Origin: an uncultured bacterium
Lineage (GTDB): Bacteria > Patescibacteriota > Minisyncoccia > UBA6257 > 2-01-FULL-56-20
Assembly: GCA_963768625.1 (NCBI GenBank)
Contig: CAVYIK010000003.1
Location: 518,715 to 582,714, forward strand
DNA: 64,000 nucleotides
Reading direction: 5' to 3'
Shown here in pieces: positions 44,938 to 54,897 of the stretch. Below the pieces are notes generated by a model, which saw nothing but the letters and a program-made list of their open reading frames with translations, ran no database searches and was not told where the DNA came from. Each line of letters starts with the position of its first letter. The stretch's first letter is position 1. The position numbers and the translations under genes are program-made.

Positions 44938-44972
44938 CCCATCCACGCACAATCGTGGGTGGGCGTTTTTTA
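44938..44972 (+). terminator. rho-independent terminator
   Basis: CCCATCCACG-CACAAT-CGTGGGTGGG followed by CGTTTTTT. Confidence 0.7.
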
Positions 44973-45020
44973 TTTGCGCCTGGAGTTAAATCGGAGATAA
45001 AAAAAGGACCAGATGAACAT

Positions 45021-45299
45021 TCAACTGGTCTTTCTCGATTTTCTTCGGGGGACAGGGCCAGGATTGCGAGCACGATCTTTTAATGTCGCAAGGAGCCTTT
45101 GGACGACAATGCGTTGGGGGGCTTGAGCCTCCGCGACCTGCAGCAGCTCTTTCTCATTGAGCGGAAGGTTGGGATTGTACCATCGCTCATATTCTTCGGG
45201 TGTCGCATTGAGGCCGCGGCAGTAGTTGCAGAAATGAGTGCCCCGTTTCTTGGAAAAGGTGACCCAGTTGCCGTTGCAAAATGGGCACATAGTTATCAC
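45021..45299 (-). CDS. small zinc-ribbon protein
   Basis: 92 aa. CPFCNG...CNYC is a two-CxxC pattern. Confidence 0.5.
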   Translation of the reverse strand: MITMCPFCNGNWVTFSKKRGTHFCNYCRGLNATPEEYERWYNPNLPLNEKELLQVAEAQAPQRIVVQRLLATLKDRARNPGPVPRRKSRKTS

Positions 45300-45389
45300 C
45301 TCTCTTTCTCACTGGAGCATAAACCACCGGAGACCGGAAGTAAACGTGCGCCTTGAACGGGGACGCTGCTTGTTTTACACTGAGCGTGC

Positions 45390-45472
45390 GCCTGGGTGGC
45401 GGAATGGTATACGCAGGGGACTTAAAATCCCCGACCCGAAAGGGTTTGTGGGTTCGACTCCCACCCCAGGCA
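45390..45472 (+). tRNA. tRNA-Leu(TAA)
   Basis: Acceptor GCCTGGG/CCCAGGC, anticodon loop CTTAAAA, long variable arm, T-arm GTGGGTTCGACTCCCAC. Confidence 0.9.
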
Positions 45473-45522
45473 CTCTAGACAAATAATATTTTGGCAGGCA
45501 CAATGCTTGCAGGAGGACAGCC

Positions 45523-45783
45523 ATGGATTGCAACTGGCTTTTGGTTATGACCGATGGCATGGGCGGGGAGCCGAAGTATCAATCGATCCACGCGGATACC
45601 CCGAAGGAAGCGTTGGAAGCTGCCACCGAATTTGTTGTGGAGGAGCAACGGAGAACCGACGAGAAGTCTGGAGGCACCCCTTTTACAGTGACTGGAGTTC
45701 TCTTCCGTGAAGCCGCAGAATGGCGAGGAAAGAGCTTCGTCGGCAACGCAGAGTCTGCCGGAGGCCACTTAATTCTCTGCTGA
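45523..45783 (+). CDS. hypothetical protein
   Basis: 86-aa ORF between two tRNA-Leu genes. No motif recognised. Confidence 0.35.
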   Translation: MDCNWLLVMTDGMGGEPKYQSIHADTPKEALEAATEFVVEEQRRTDEKSGGTPFTVTGVLFREAAEWRGKSFVGNAESAGGHLILC

Positions 45784-45858
45784 GAAAAATGTGCGGGATA
45801 TCATAGGTGGGACATGCTCAACGTGCCCACCTTTTCTTTTCCCATCGGCGTACTCTTG

Positions 45859-45941
45859 TGCCCAGGGAGGGAGTCGAACCCTCACGACCTTGCGATCACA
45901 GGATTTTGAGTCCTGCGTGTCTGCCATTCCGCCACCTGGGC
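45859..45941 (-). tRNA. tRNA-Leu(CAA)
   Basis: Minus strand. Acceptor GCCCAGG/CCTGGGC, anticodon loop CTCAAAA, long variable arm, T-arm GAGGGTTCGACTCCCTC. Confidence 0.9.
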
Positions 45942-46002
45942 AATGCGTTGTGGTCTGCGCCAATTGATAATAGTTATTTATACGCGGTAAAATCAAGGTA
46001 TT

Positions 46003-46847
46003 ATGGCGCGCGTGATCGCGATCTGCAACCAGAAAGGCGGCGTCGGGAAGACAACGACCGCCGTGAATCTTGGCGCTTATCTCGCCGCGGCGGGCCGGCG
46101 CGTGCTCCTTGTTGATTTCGATCCGCAGGCGAACGCGAGCTCCGCCCTCGGCCACAATATGAAAGAGCGAACTGAGCGTATATCATGGCATTTTGGGCGC
46201 GGTGCCGCATGAGCAGATTGATAAAGCCGACGGTCATCTTCAATTATCATTTCATCCCGGCGTCGCCGCATCTCGCGGGCGCGCTCGTGGAACTCGTGGA
46301 CGTTCCGGAGCGCGAATATTTTCTGCGGAAATTCGTGAACCGGCTGCGCCAAAATTATGATTATATTCTGATCGACCTTCCGCCGAGCTTGAGCTTGCTT
46401 ACCGTGAACGGCTTGGTCGCCGCGGACGAGGTGTTGATCCCGGTGCAGACGGAATATTACAGCTTGGAAGGGATCGGGCAGCTCTTGGAGACCGTGAACC
46501 TTATCCGCGACAACTTGCGACATCCGATTCGCGTTACGGGCGCGGTCGTCACGATGTACGACAAGCGCGAGCACTTGAGCCGCGAGGTATCAAAGAATCT
46601 CCGCCGGCATTTCCCGCACCACGTGTTCGAGGTGGAAATTCCGCGCGCGGTCGCGCTCGCGGAGGCGCCGAGCTTTTCGAAGCCGATCATTTTATACCGG
46701 CCTGATTCGCCGGGCGCCACGGCATACGAGCGGCTTGCGGACGAGATCATCGCGCAGGAGACAGAATTCCAGCGGTGCCGCGCGAGGTCGTCGCGAGCGA
46801 AAATTTCGGGAATTTCAACATTTAACCATGCTTGGAAAAGGACTTGA
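46003..46847 (+). CDS. parA: chromosome partitioning ATPase ParA/Soj, about two frameshifts; 3' end uncertain
   Basis: [20 protein letters not shown] (deviant Walker A) in ORF 46003. [17 protein letters not shown] and VTMYDKR are in ORF 46185. Confidence 0.85.
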
Positions 46848-47929
46848 ATCATTGATACCGCAAAGGGGAAGCGGCGTACCGGACGAGCCGGTGGTACAGA
46901 ACGCGCCGATTGCACACAATTCCGGCTCCGGAGCAAGCGCCGTCGTCGCAGCCGCGCGCCAGCGCTCGCAGCCGAGCATCGGCAGCCTGCGTCGGCATTC
47001 ACGCCACGAGCCACAATCACGGCCGCAGCAACAGCCGCGACCGCAGCCAAAGCCGCAATCACAGCCGCAGCCCCAAAGGCCCGCCGAGAGCAGTGCGTAT
47101 CGGAGTCGGTATTTCCATATTGAAGTGGAAAAGATAACGCCGAACCCGAGCCAGCCGCGCCGGAATTTTGACGAGGCGGCGCTGCAGCGATCTCGCGCAC
47201 TCCATCCGCGAATTCGGCTTTTTGCAGCCGCTCGTGGTCTCGAAGATAGAGAAAGAAACGCCGACGGGCATCGCGGTGGAATATCAATTGATCGCGGGCG
47301 AGCGGCGGCTCGTGGCCGCGAAATGCTCGGCCTTCGGGTGGTGCCCGCGATCGTGCGGAACGTCAATCTGGAGCGGGAAAAATTGGAACTTGCGGTCATT
47401 GAAAATATCCAGCGGGAAAACCTGAATCCGATCGAGACTGCGCGCGCATTCCAGCGGCTGCAGGAAGAGTTCCGCATGACGCAGCGAGAGATCGCTGCGA
47501 AGCTCGGCAAATCGCGCGAAGCGGTGGCGAACGCCGTGCGGCTCCTGGACCTTCCCGAATACGATCCGCGTGGCAGTGGAAAAGGGCCAGCTTTCCGAAA
47601 GCAACGCGCGGCTGCTCCTTGCCGTGCCCGACCCGGCGGCGCAGAAGCATCTCTTTGAAGACATCATCCAGAACGGGCTTACGACGCGGGAAGTGCGGGA
47701 GCGCGTGGGGCATGTGTCGGGCGCGGGCGGTCATCGCCGCGGCCGCCCGCCGAAAAGCGGGGAAGCCCCCTTGCCGGCGGAACTCAAGGCCATGCAGGAA
47801 TCATTGAGTATGGACCTCGGCGCGCCCGTTGAGATCCACAAGGGCGCGAACACGGGGAAGATCACGATCACGTTCTATTCCGAGGAAGAGCTTGAGAATA
47901 TCATGCGCCGCCTCGGGCAGGAGCGTTAG
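46828..47929 (+). CDS. parB: chromosome partitioning protein ParB, several frameshifts, with a PQ-rich insert
   Basis: [31 protein letters not shown] (in ORF 47168), ENIQRENLNPIE and an HTH (EIAAKLGKSREAVANAVRLL). The C-terminus lies in ORF 47570..47929. Confidence 0.85.
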
Positions 47930-49627
47930 ACCAGCCGGTAGCTCACTTCCTTTACTTCTTTTATGGCTTTCAATTTGATGGTCAGCTTTTCCATTCTCCG
48001 GCTTGTCTATGGGTTGGATCTCGATGCGGTAGATCTGGAAGCGTCCGCCGCGCGGATGCTCGGTATGGAAATTCACAATGGTGAAATGCTGACGGGCGAT
48101 CATCGTTGAGATATCCTGAATGAGCCCGCCGCGCCGGTCCACGCCGATCTCGAGTTCGCCCTTTGTGGGCGTCCGGGCGGTTCGCGCGAACTGGTCTTTG
48201 CTGCGGAGGGCGAGCCGGATGTGGTCGCGGGCGATGCCGGTCTTCACGAACCGGAGCCAGTCCTCGGAAGGTTTTTTCCCTTTTTGCATAAGGATCTCCA
48301 CGACGTCGCCGGATTTGAGCTCGTGGTTGAGCGGAGTGAGGGCGCCGTTCACTTTTGCGCCCGCGCACGCGTTGCCGATCGCGGAATGGACGTGGTAAGC
48401 GAAGTCCACGGGCGTGGCGCCCGCGGGAAGGTCGATCACGTCGCCGTGCGGCGTGACGGCGAAGATGCGGTCCTTGAAGAAGTCGATCTTCATGGCATTC
48501 AAGAGTTCCTCCGGATCCCCGCCTTTGCCGAAGAAACGTTCCTGCCAGTTTTTGAGCTGCTGTACCCACGTGACCTCCTCCGCCAGTCTGTTTGCCGGAG
48601 AGTCGTTCGCCGCGCCGCTTTTGGTCGTAGAGCCAGTGTGCCGCCACGCCGTATTCGTTCTCGTCATGCATTTCCTTGCGTCCGGATCTGGAATTCTATC
48701 GTCTTGGCCTCCGGCCCGATGACCGTAGTGTGCAGGCTGCGGTACCCGTTCGGTTTCGGCATGGCGATGTAGTCCTTGATGCGCCGCGGAGCCGGGGGCC
48801 ACGCTTCGTGGATCACGCCGAGCGCCGCATAGCACTCGGGGACATTGTTGACGAACAATGCGCATGGCAACAAGGTCGTAGATGCGTCCCATATCCATGT
48901 CGCGCCGGAGGAGTTTTTTATACAAGCTCGCATAGCGCTTCGCGCGGATCTCGATTTCCACCGGTTTGATGTCGTGCGATTCGAGGAGCTTTTGCACCCG
49001 GGGCTTTATTTTTTCCAGATAGGCCAGCCGTTCTTCGTATTGCTCTTTGGACACCCCCAAGAGCCACCGGTATTCGCGCGGGTGGAGGTAGGGGAATGCA
49101 AGGTCTTCCAGCTCGCCGCTCAGGTTATGCATGCCGAAGCGGTAGGCGATCGGCGCATAGATCTCGTCGGTCTCCATCGCCACACGCTTTTGCTTCGCGG
49201 GCGGGAGCGCGTGGAGCGTTTGCATGTTGTGCAGGCGGTCGGCGAGCTTGATGAAGACCACGCGCAGGTCCTGCGACAGCGCGAGGATCATCTTCCGGAG
49301 GTTTTCCGCCTTGTTCTCCGCGCCGCGGTATTTGATGTGGCCAAGCTTGGTCACGCCGTCCACGAGGAACGCCACCTCGTCGCCAAATTCCTTTTTTATC
49401 GTTTCAAGCGGCACGCCGGTATCCTCCACGGTGTCGTGCAAGAGGCCCGCGCCAACCGTGGTTTCGTCAAGATGCCATGCGTGCAGGGTCTCTGCCGTCT
49501 TAAGGGCGTGGTTGAAATATGGCTCGCCGGTCCTCCGCTGTTGCGCCCTATGCGCTTTTTCCGAAAAGGCATACGCCCTTCCGATGAGGCCTTCCGGTTC
49601 TTTCTTGGCGAGCTCCTTTACGGTCAT
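47926..49627 (-). CDS. rel: bifunctional (p)ppGpp synthetase/hydrolase RelA/SpoT homologue, at least three frameshifts
   Basis: HD domain (AGLLHDTVEDT). Synthetase pieces DYIAMPKPNGYRSLHTTV (ORF 48664..48933), a TGS-like region and an ACT-like end. The hand-read true C-terminus is ...KLTIKLKAIKEVKEVSYRLV, with the stop at 47926-28. Confidence 0.85.
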
Positions 49628-51854
49628 TCTTTGACTTTATCACTTTTTTTCGCTCTGGGCTTCGGCGGGTTTTTCCGCCAATGCTTAAGCGCATCCGTAA
49701 GCTCCGCTTCCGATTCAGGTTTTTTGTTCATCACGAACGTGCAGTCGGGGTAGCGCGTGCAGGCATAGAACGGCCGGCCGCGCCCGCGGGATTTCTTGAG
49801 GACGATGTCGCCTGTTTTGCAGATTCGGGGCACTTGAAGCCGGTCTTGTCCCAGATCTTCAGGACGCCTTTGCAAGTCGGGTAATCCGTGCAGCCAAGGA
49901 AAAAGCCGAAGCGGCCGCGGCGCACCTTCATCGGCTTTCCGCAGATGGGGCAGCGCTCGTCCTTGGTTTTTTCTTCAAGCTCTTTTATCTTCGCCGCTTC
50001 CTCGGGCATCGGGAGCGTGACCTTCACGCCCGGTTCGGGGCAGGCAAGGAATTTCCCCATGCGCCCGAATTTGATGATCATGGGTTTCCCGCAGTGCGGG
50101 CACGGGGTGGTCGAAACCTCTACCTGTTTGACGACGGTCGCTTCTTTTTCGTCCAGTTCCTTTTTGAATGGGCCGTAGAATTCGCGGCAGACATCGGTCC
50201 ACTTCATCTTGCCCTCCGCGATCTCATCGAACTCCTCTTCAATATGCGAAGTGAATTTTATGTCGACACCTCCGGGAAGTTCTCTACGAGGAGGTCGTTC
50301 ACGAGGACGCCGATCTCCGTCGGGTGGTATTTCTTCTCGAGCTTTTCCACGTAACCGCGATCCTGGATGGTGGAGAGCGTCGGCGCATACGTGGAAGGCC
50401 GGCCGACGCCTTCTGCTTCGAGCGCCTTTACGAGCGTCGCATCCGTATAGCGCGGCGGCGGTTCGGTGAAATGCTGCACGGGCGCGAGATCTTTGAGCGT
50501 GAGCTTCGCTCTCCTTCTCGAGCTTCGGCAGCTGTCCCTCGACTTCGCTATTCCCGTTCCCATTTTCGTCCTTGCCTTCCGTATAGACGCGGATGAATCC
50601 GTCGAATTTGACCGTCTGGCCGTTCGCCCGGAACATTTCTTTCTTTTGCGTGTCGGCCTCGATGTCCACCGCGGTCTGTTCAAGAATGGCCTCCTTCATT
50701 TGCGAGGCGATCGTGCGTTTCCAGATGAGATCATAAAGGCGCTGGTCGTTCCGTTCCTTAAAGCCCAACGTTTTGCCGGAGGTCGCGTGGAGGTTGCGTC
50801 GGGCGGATGGCTTCGTGCGCTTCCTGCGCGCCTTTGCTCTTCGTGGCGTAGCGCCGCGGCTCGGGGAGCGCGTATTCCTTCCCGAACTCGGTACCGATGA
50901 CTTCGCGCGCGGCCGCGAGCGCGGCCTCCGCAAGATTGACGCTATCCGTGCTCATATAGGTGATGTGACCGTTCTCGTAGAGCTTCTGCGCGATCATCAT
51001 GGTTTGCTTTGCGGAAAAGCCGAGCTTGCGCGCCGCTTCCTGCTGGAGCGTGGAGGTCGTGAACGGGAGCGGCCGGATTCCGCCGGACCTCTTTTACAGT
51101 GATGTCCGCAATCCGGTAATGCGCTCCCGCGAGCCCCTCTATAATAGAGTCGCGCCGCGCGCTCGTCCTTGATGCCCATCTTCCCGAGCGCCTTGCCGGA
51201 AACGGAATGTAAGAACGCCGGGAATGAGCGACGCGTCTTTCCCTTGCCGCGGCAGAAAAGGTTGCCTCAATTGTCCAATACTCTTCTTTATTGAACGCCT
51301 GGATCTCGCGTTCGCGTTCTACGACGAGCCGCACGGCTACGCTCTGCACGCGGCCGGCGGAAAGGCCATAGCGCACCTTCCGCCAGAGGAAGGGCGAGAA
51401 TCCGTAACCTACGAGGCGGTCCAGCACGCGCCGCGCCTGCTGGGCATCCACCAAGTTGATGTCGATCTCGCGGGGATTTTCTAACGCTTCTTTGATGGCG
51501 GACTCCGTGATCTCATGGAAGGCGATCCGTTCTATCTTTTTCCTTTTTCTTTTCGAAGGCCGAGCGCGGTGACCAGGTGCCACGCGATCGCTTCGCCTTC
51601 GCGGTCTTCATCAGTCGCGAGAATGACCTTCGCTGCCTTGCTGCAAGCGTTTTCAGGTTCGCTACAATTGGCTTCGCTTTCGCGGGGATCATGTATTGCG
51701 GCGCGAAATCGTGCTCGACATCAATGCCCATCTTGCTTTTTGGAAGGTCGCGAATATGGCCGTAGGAGGATTCGACGGTAAAATTCTTGCCGACGAACTT
51801 GCTGATGGTTTTGGCTTTGGTGGGCGATTCAACAATGACGAGATCCATGTTCAT
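49624..51854 (-). CDS. topA: DNA topoisomerase I, at least five frameshifts
   Basis: TOPRIM N-terminus [16 protein letters not shown]...SYGHIRDL. Core pieces lie in ORFs 50942..51583 and 49731..50933. C-terminal zinc ribbons ([25 protein letters not shown]). Confidence 0.9.
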
Positions 51855-51863
51855 GATATGTTT

Positions 51864-52918
51864 TTATATTGTATACCCTCCGTCTTTTTCTTTGATGCAA
51901 TCCCTCACCAAAAGGAAGGAAAGAGTACGGTTTACGATTCGGGGTTCAAGTTTAGCGGCCGCGGCGATTTTGTCAACATCCGCCGGCCTTCCAATCTCCT
52001 GCATGCGCTTCTAGAATCAGCTTTTCTTCTTCCGACGCGGCGGCAGCGAGCAATGCGATTTTTTTCTCGCCCGTGACGCCGTACGCCTCGAAAATCTCTT
52101 CTGGCGCCGTAACGAGCTCCGCCCCTTGACGGATTAGCTGGTGCGCGCCCGCGAAGCTGCGGTTGCGTGATCGGTCCGGGCACCACAAAGACGTCGCGGT
52201 TTTGTTCAAGGGCGAGCCGCGCGGTCACGAGCGCCCCCGATCCCACGGGCGCTTCAACGATGAGCGTCGCCGCGCGCAATCCGCTTATGATCCGATTCCG
52301 TTCGAGGAAACGGTCCGGATAGGGCGGCGCGCCCAGCGGATATTCGGAGATGATGGCGCCGCCGCTCTCTAGTATCCTTTTCGCCAGCCGTCCATTCTCC
52401 CGTGGGTAGACATCGTCCAATCCGCCGGCAAGCACCGCGACGGTCGTGCCCCGCGCATCAAGGCATCCTTCGTGCGCCGCCGCGTCGATGCCGAACGCAA
52501 GCCCGCTCACGATAGGGAATCCCGCTTGCGCGAGGTTATGGGCAAATCGGTGTGCGATACTCTTCCCTTCGGGCGTCGCGCGGCGGGTGCCGACGATCGC
52601 GCACGGCGCTGTGTCGCCTCGGGGAAATGTTCCCAAGATATAGATCCCGAACGGGCGGTCTTCTATCTCCGCGAGGAGCGGGGGATATCCTTTCTCGCCC
52701 GCGAAGATAAGGCGGACAGATCTTTCTCCCAGCTTTTTCCATTCCGCGCCGGCGTCGGGCATTGCAGCTCTCGCCGCGCCGCCGCCGAGGAGCGTGCCAT
52801 CCCGGAGTTTTTTGTACGCGCGTTCAAAACCCCCGTACTTTTTGAGGAGCTTTACAAGCTTCCTCCGGTCTCCCGTCACGGCTACGGCAAGGGCGTTATA
52901 ATAGAGCGCTTCATTCAT
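51864..52918 (-). CDS. dprA: DNA processing protein DprA, two frameshifts near the 3' end
   Basis: VGTRRATPEGKSIA...IVSGLAFGIDAAAHEG...VVPGPI. The hand-read C-terminal winged helix is ...DVDKIAAAAKLEPRIVNRTLSFLLVRDCIKEKDGGYTI. Confidence 0.85.
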
Positions 52919-52984
52919 CTTTTATGAGCGTGCCCGCAAAGAGGGGAAAAGTAAAGCATGCGTTAATATGTTTTTAATGGTAAA

Positions 52985-53524
52985 ATGGAAAAGGAAATGA
53001 AAAATGACTTCGGGAAACGTTGGTGGACGAGCATGGGCATCGTGTTGGGGGCGATCGTTATTGCCTCGGTTGCTCTGTACTTTTTGTCGAACGACCTTAC
53101 TGCGCAGGCGGACAAGATTGTGAACGACCAGGCAATGCTCGCGGCGCAGACGGCAACAGTGAATGCCCTCGCACATCTCAAAGCTGACGCTCCGCAAGCG
53201 GCAGTATACGCCGCGGCAATGGGGAAATTGCTTCCGACGCACGATAACCTCCTTGGTTTTCCGCAGTGGCTCGTCGCCTTGGGCCAGAGCCATCACGTTG
53301 CAGTGTCATCCGCATTCCAGGGGCAATCGGCCATAGCTACCGCCGCCACGCCGGGCATAGACGGTTTTTCCATGACCGCGACCGGTGCTTCGACCGACCT
53401 CGTAGCGTTCCTCCGCGATCTTGAAGGCAGCTCCGTCTTTTTACTGTCCATCGATTCGGTCAATCTTACGAACAACGGCTCCGCTTATCAGCTCAACGCG
53501 CAAGGAAAATTATTTTCCCGCTGA
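52985..53524 (+). CDS. membrane-anchored hypothetical protein (PilO-like topology)
   Basis: N-terminal TM helix, then a helical segment and an alpha/beta C-terminus. Resemblance to PilO is by layout only. Confidence 0.4.
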   Translation: MEKEMKNDFGKRWWTSMGIVLGAIVIASVALYFLSNDLTAQADKIVNDQAMLAAQTATVNALAHLKADAPQAAVYAAAMGKLLPTHDNLLGFPQWLVALGQSHHVAVSSAFQGQSAIATAATPGIDGFSMTATGASTDLVAFLRDLEGSSVFLLSIDSVNLTNNGSAYQLNAQGKLFSR

Positions 53525-53545
53525 TCTATTCGTTCCCGAACACCC

Positions 53546-53767
53546 ATGAAAAATATTTTGAGAAAATATTCGGAATCGGCCCTCTTCGCCCTCGCATTCG
53601 TCCTCTTGGGCATTATCATCGTGTATTTCGCTTGGGGGATCGGCGAGGTGGTCGGACAAGTCGGCCGCGGACTGAATGGCGCCGGGCCAAGCACGCCGAG
53701 CGCCGGCTTCAATTTTAAAACCGCCAAGACGTTGGACCTTCGAGGGCTTGTCAACCAAACGCCGTAG
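53546..53767 (+). CDS. small membrane protein
   Basis: 73 aa with one TM helix (ALFALAFVLLGIIIVYFAWGI). Confidence 0.35.
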   Translation: MKNILRKYSESALFALAFVLLGIIIVYFAWGIGEVVGQVGRGLNGAGPSTPSAGFNFKTAKTLDLRGLVNQTP

Positions 53768-53788
53768 GCCTATTATGAACCTACCGCT

Positions 53789-53860
53789 GCGTCCTTAGCT
53801 CAGTGGTAGAGCGTCACATTGACATTGTGAAGGCCGGAGGTCCGATCCCTCCAGGACGCA
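53789..53860 (+). tRNA. tRNA-Val(GAC)
   Basis: Acceptor GCGTCCT/AGGACGC, anticodon loop TTGACAT, T-arm GGAGGTCCGATCCCTCC. Confidence 0.9.
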
Positions 53861-53870
53861 CTGGGAAAGA

Positions 53871-53942
53871 GCGCATGTAGTTCAGTGGTAGAACGCGTTC
53901 CTGATAAGAACGAGGTCGTAGGTTCGATTCCTACCATGCGCA
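53871..53942 (+). tRNA. tRNA-Ile(GAT)
   Basis: Acceptor GCGCATG/CATGCGC, anticodon loop CTGATAA, T-arm GTAGGTTCGATTCCTAC. Confidence 0.9.
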
Positions 53943-53951
53943 CCGCCAGAA

Positions 53952-54003
53952 CAAAAAGGGTTTGGAAAGAGTACTCGGAAGGGCTCTTCCCGAACCCTTT
54001 TTG
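53952..54003. repeat. conserved-loop hairpin family, member c (20-bp stem with one A/C mismatch and one G/T pair, loop TACTCGGAAGGG)
   Basis: CAAAAAGGGTTTGGAAAGAG / CTCTTCCCGAACCCTTTTTG. It starts 9 nt after tRNA-Ile. Confidence 0.75.
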
Positions 54004-54064
54004 CTTTTCTTGATGGAATCGAACGAGGCTTGTAGACAGCGCTTACATGTGCCTCGCCGCACTA

Positions 54065-54094
54065 TTGACTAAATGGCGTCATATATGGTATAAT
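54065..54094 (+). promoter_or_regulatory. near-consensus sigma70-type promoter
   Basis: TTGACT-18 nt (ending TGG)-TATAAT. An AGAGG Shine-Dalgarno lies at 54101-05 and the ATG at 54115. Confidence 0.55.
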
Positions 54095-54114
54095 GCATCC
54101 AGAGGTAATTGACA

Positions 54115-54672
54115 ATGAACCTACGAAGGAAATTGCGGAGACTATTCCGCAGGGGGGAGGAAAAGACAATGAGATCAAGGCCCGGCTTCGAGAAAGTAGA
54201 ACTTCGAGACGCGATTGGGTCCGTTATAGCGGTCATCGTCGTTGCTCCATTCTTTCTCGCTTTTACGGGGATTGCGGGGGCAAAGAAAGCATGGGAGAAG
54301 CAAATGCTCTGCCTTGCAACACGAAAGAGCACGCCAGAGGAATTGCAACTTCTCCGAACTCTGCGGCGGAGCCTCGAGCGCTTTCTGAACAGGAGTAAAT
54401 ACCTTCAGCATCCGACCGAGTTCAATCGTGAAGAGTTCCTCAAACAGATGCCACAATCAAAACTTGGCATTCCAAGAGGCTACGGCTTTACGTTCGCGGA
54501 ACGAATGACCAATGCAATGGAAGAAGCGACGGAAAAAGCGAAGGAAGCTCGGATCCGTAAGGCAGAGATGCAGCGGGCGCTCCAGCAATGCTTTTCAGCC
54601 GGGATCTCTCGCTGGAAAATCCAGCAATTTCTAAATCGTTACGGTGTTCGCCTTTCGAACATCGAGGATTGA
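54115..54672 (+). CDS. hypothetical protein with one TM helix
   Basis: The ORF has its own promoter and RBS. No recognisable motif. Confidence 0.5.
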   Translation: MNLRRKLRRLFRRGEEKTMRSRPGFEKVELRDAIGSVIAVIVVAPFFLAFTGIAGAKKAWEKQMLCLATRKSTPEELQLLRTLRRSLERFLNRSKYLQHPTEFNREEFLKQMPQSKLGIPRGYGFTFAERMTNAMEEATEKAKEARIRKAEMQRALQQCFSAGISRWKIQQFLNRYGVRLSNIED

Positions 54673-54774
54673 CTACGCGTATTTCTTCGGGCCCGTAAGT
54701 AGCGCAAGCGAACACGGGCCCCCTTTATTTTCTGTGCACAGGATAGGATTCGAACAATGGTTAATCTAGGCTCG

Positions 54775-54850
54775 TGCGCAGGCATAACGCAGGGGCTTGG
54801 AAGGAGCCCTTCTGAGTACTCCTTCCAAGCCCCTGCGTTATGCCTGCGCA
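54775..54850. repeat. conserved-loop hairpin family, member d (32-bp perfect stem, loop CCCTTCTGAGTA)
   Basis: TGCGCAGGCATAACGCAGGGGCTTGGAAGGAG / CTCCTTCCAAGCCCCTGCGTTATGCCTGCGCA. Confidence 0.85.
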
Positions 54851-54897
54851 AGCATTCTTTAAAATCTTTTTAATGCCCCGCAGGGTATGATGGGGCG

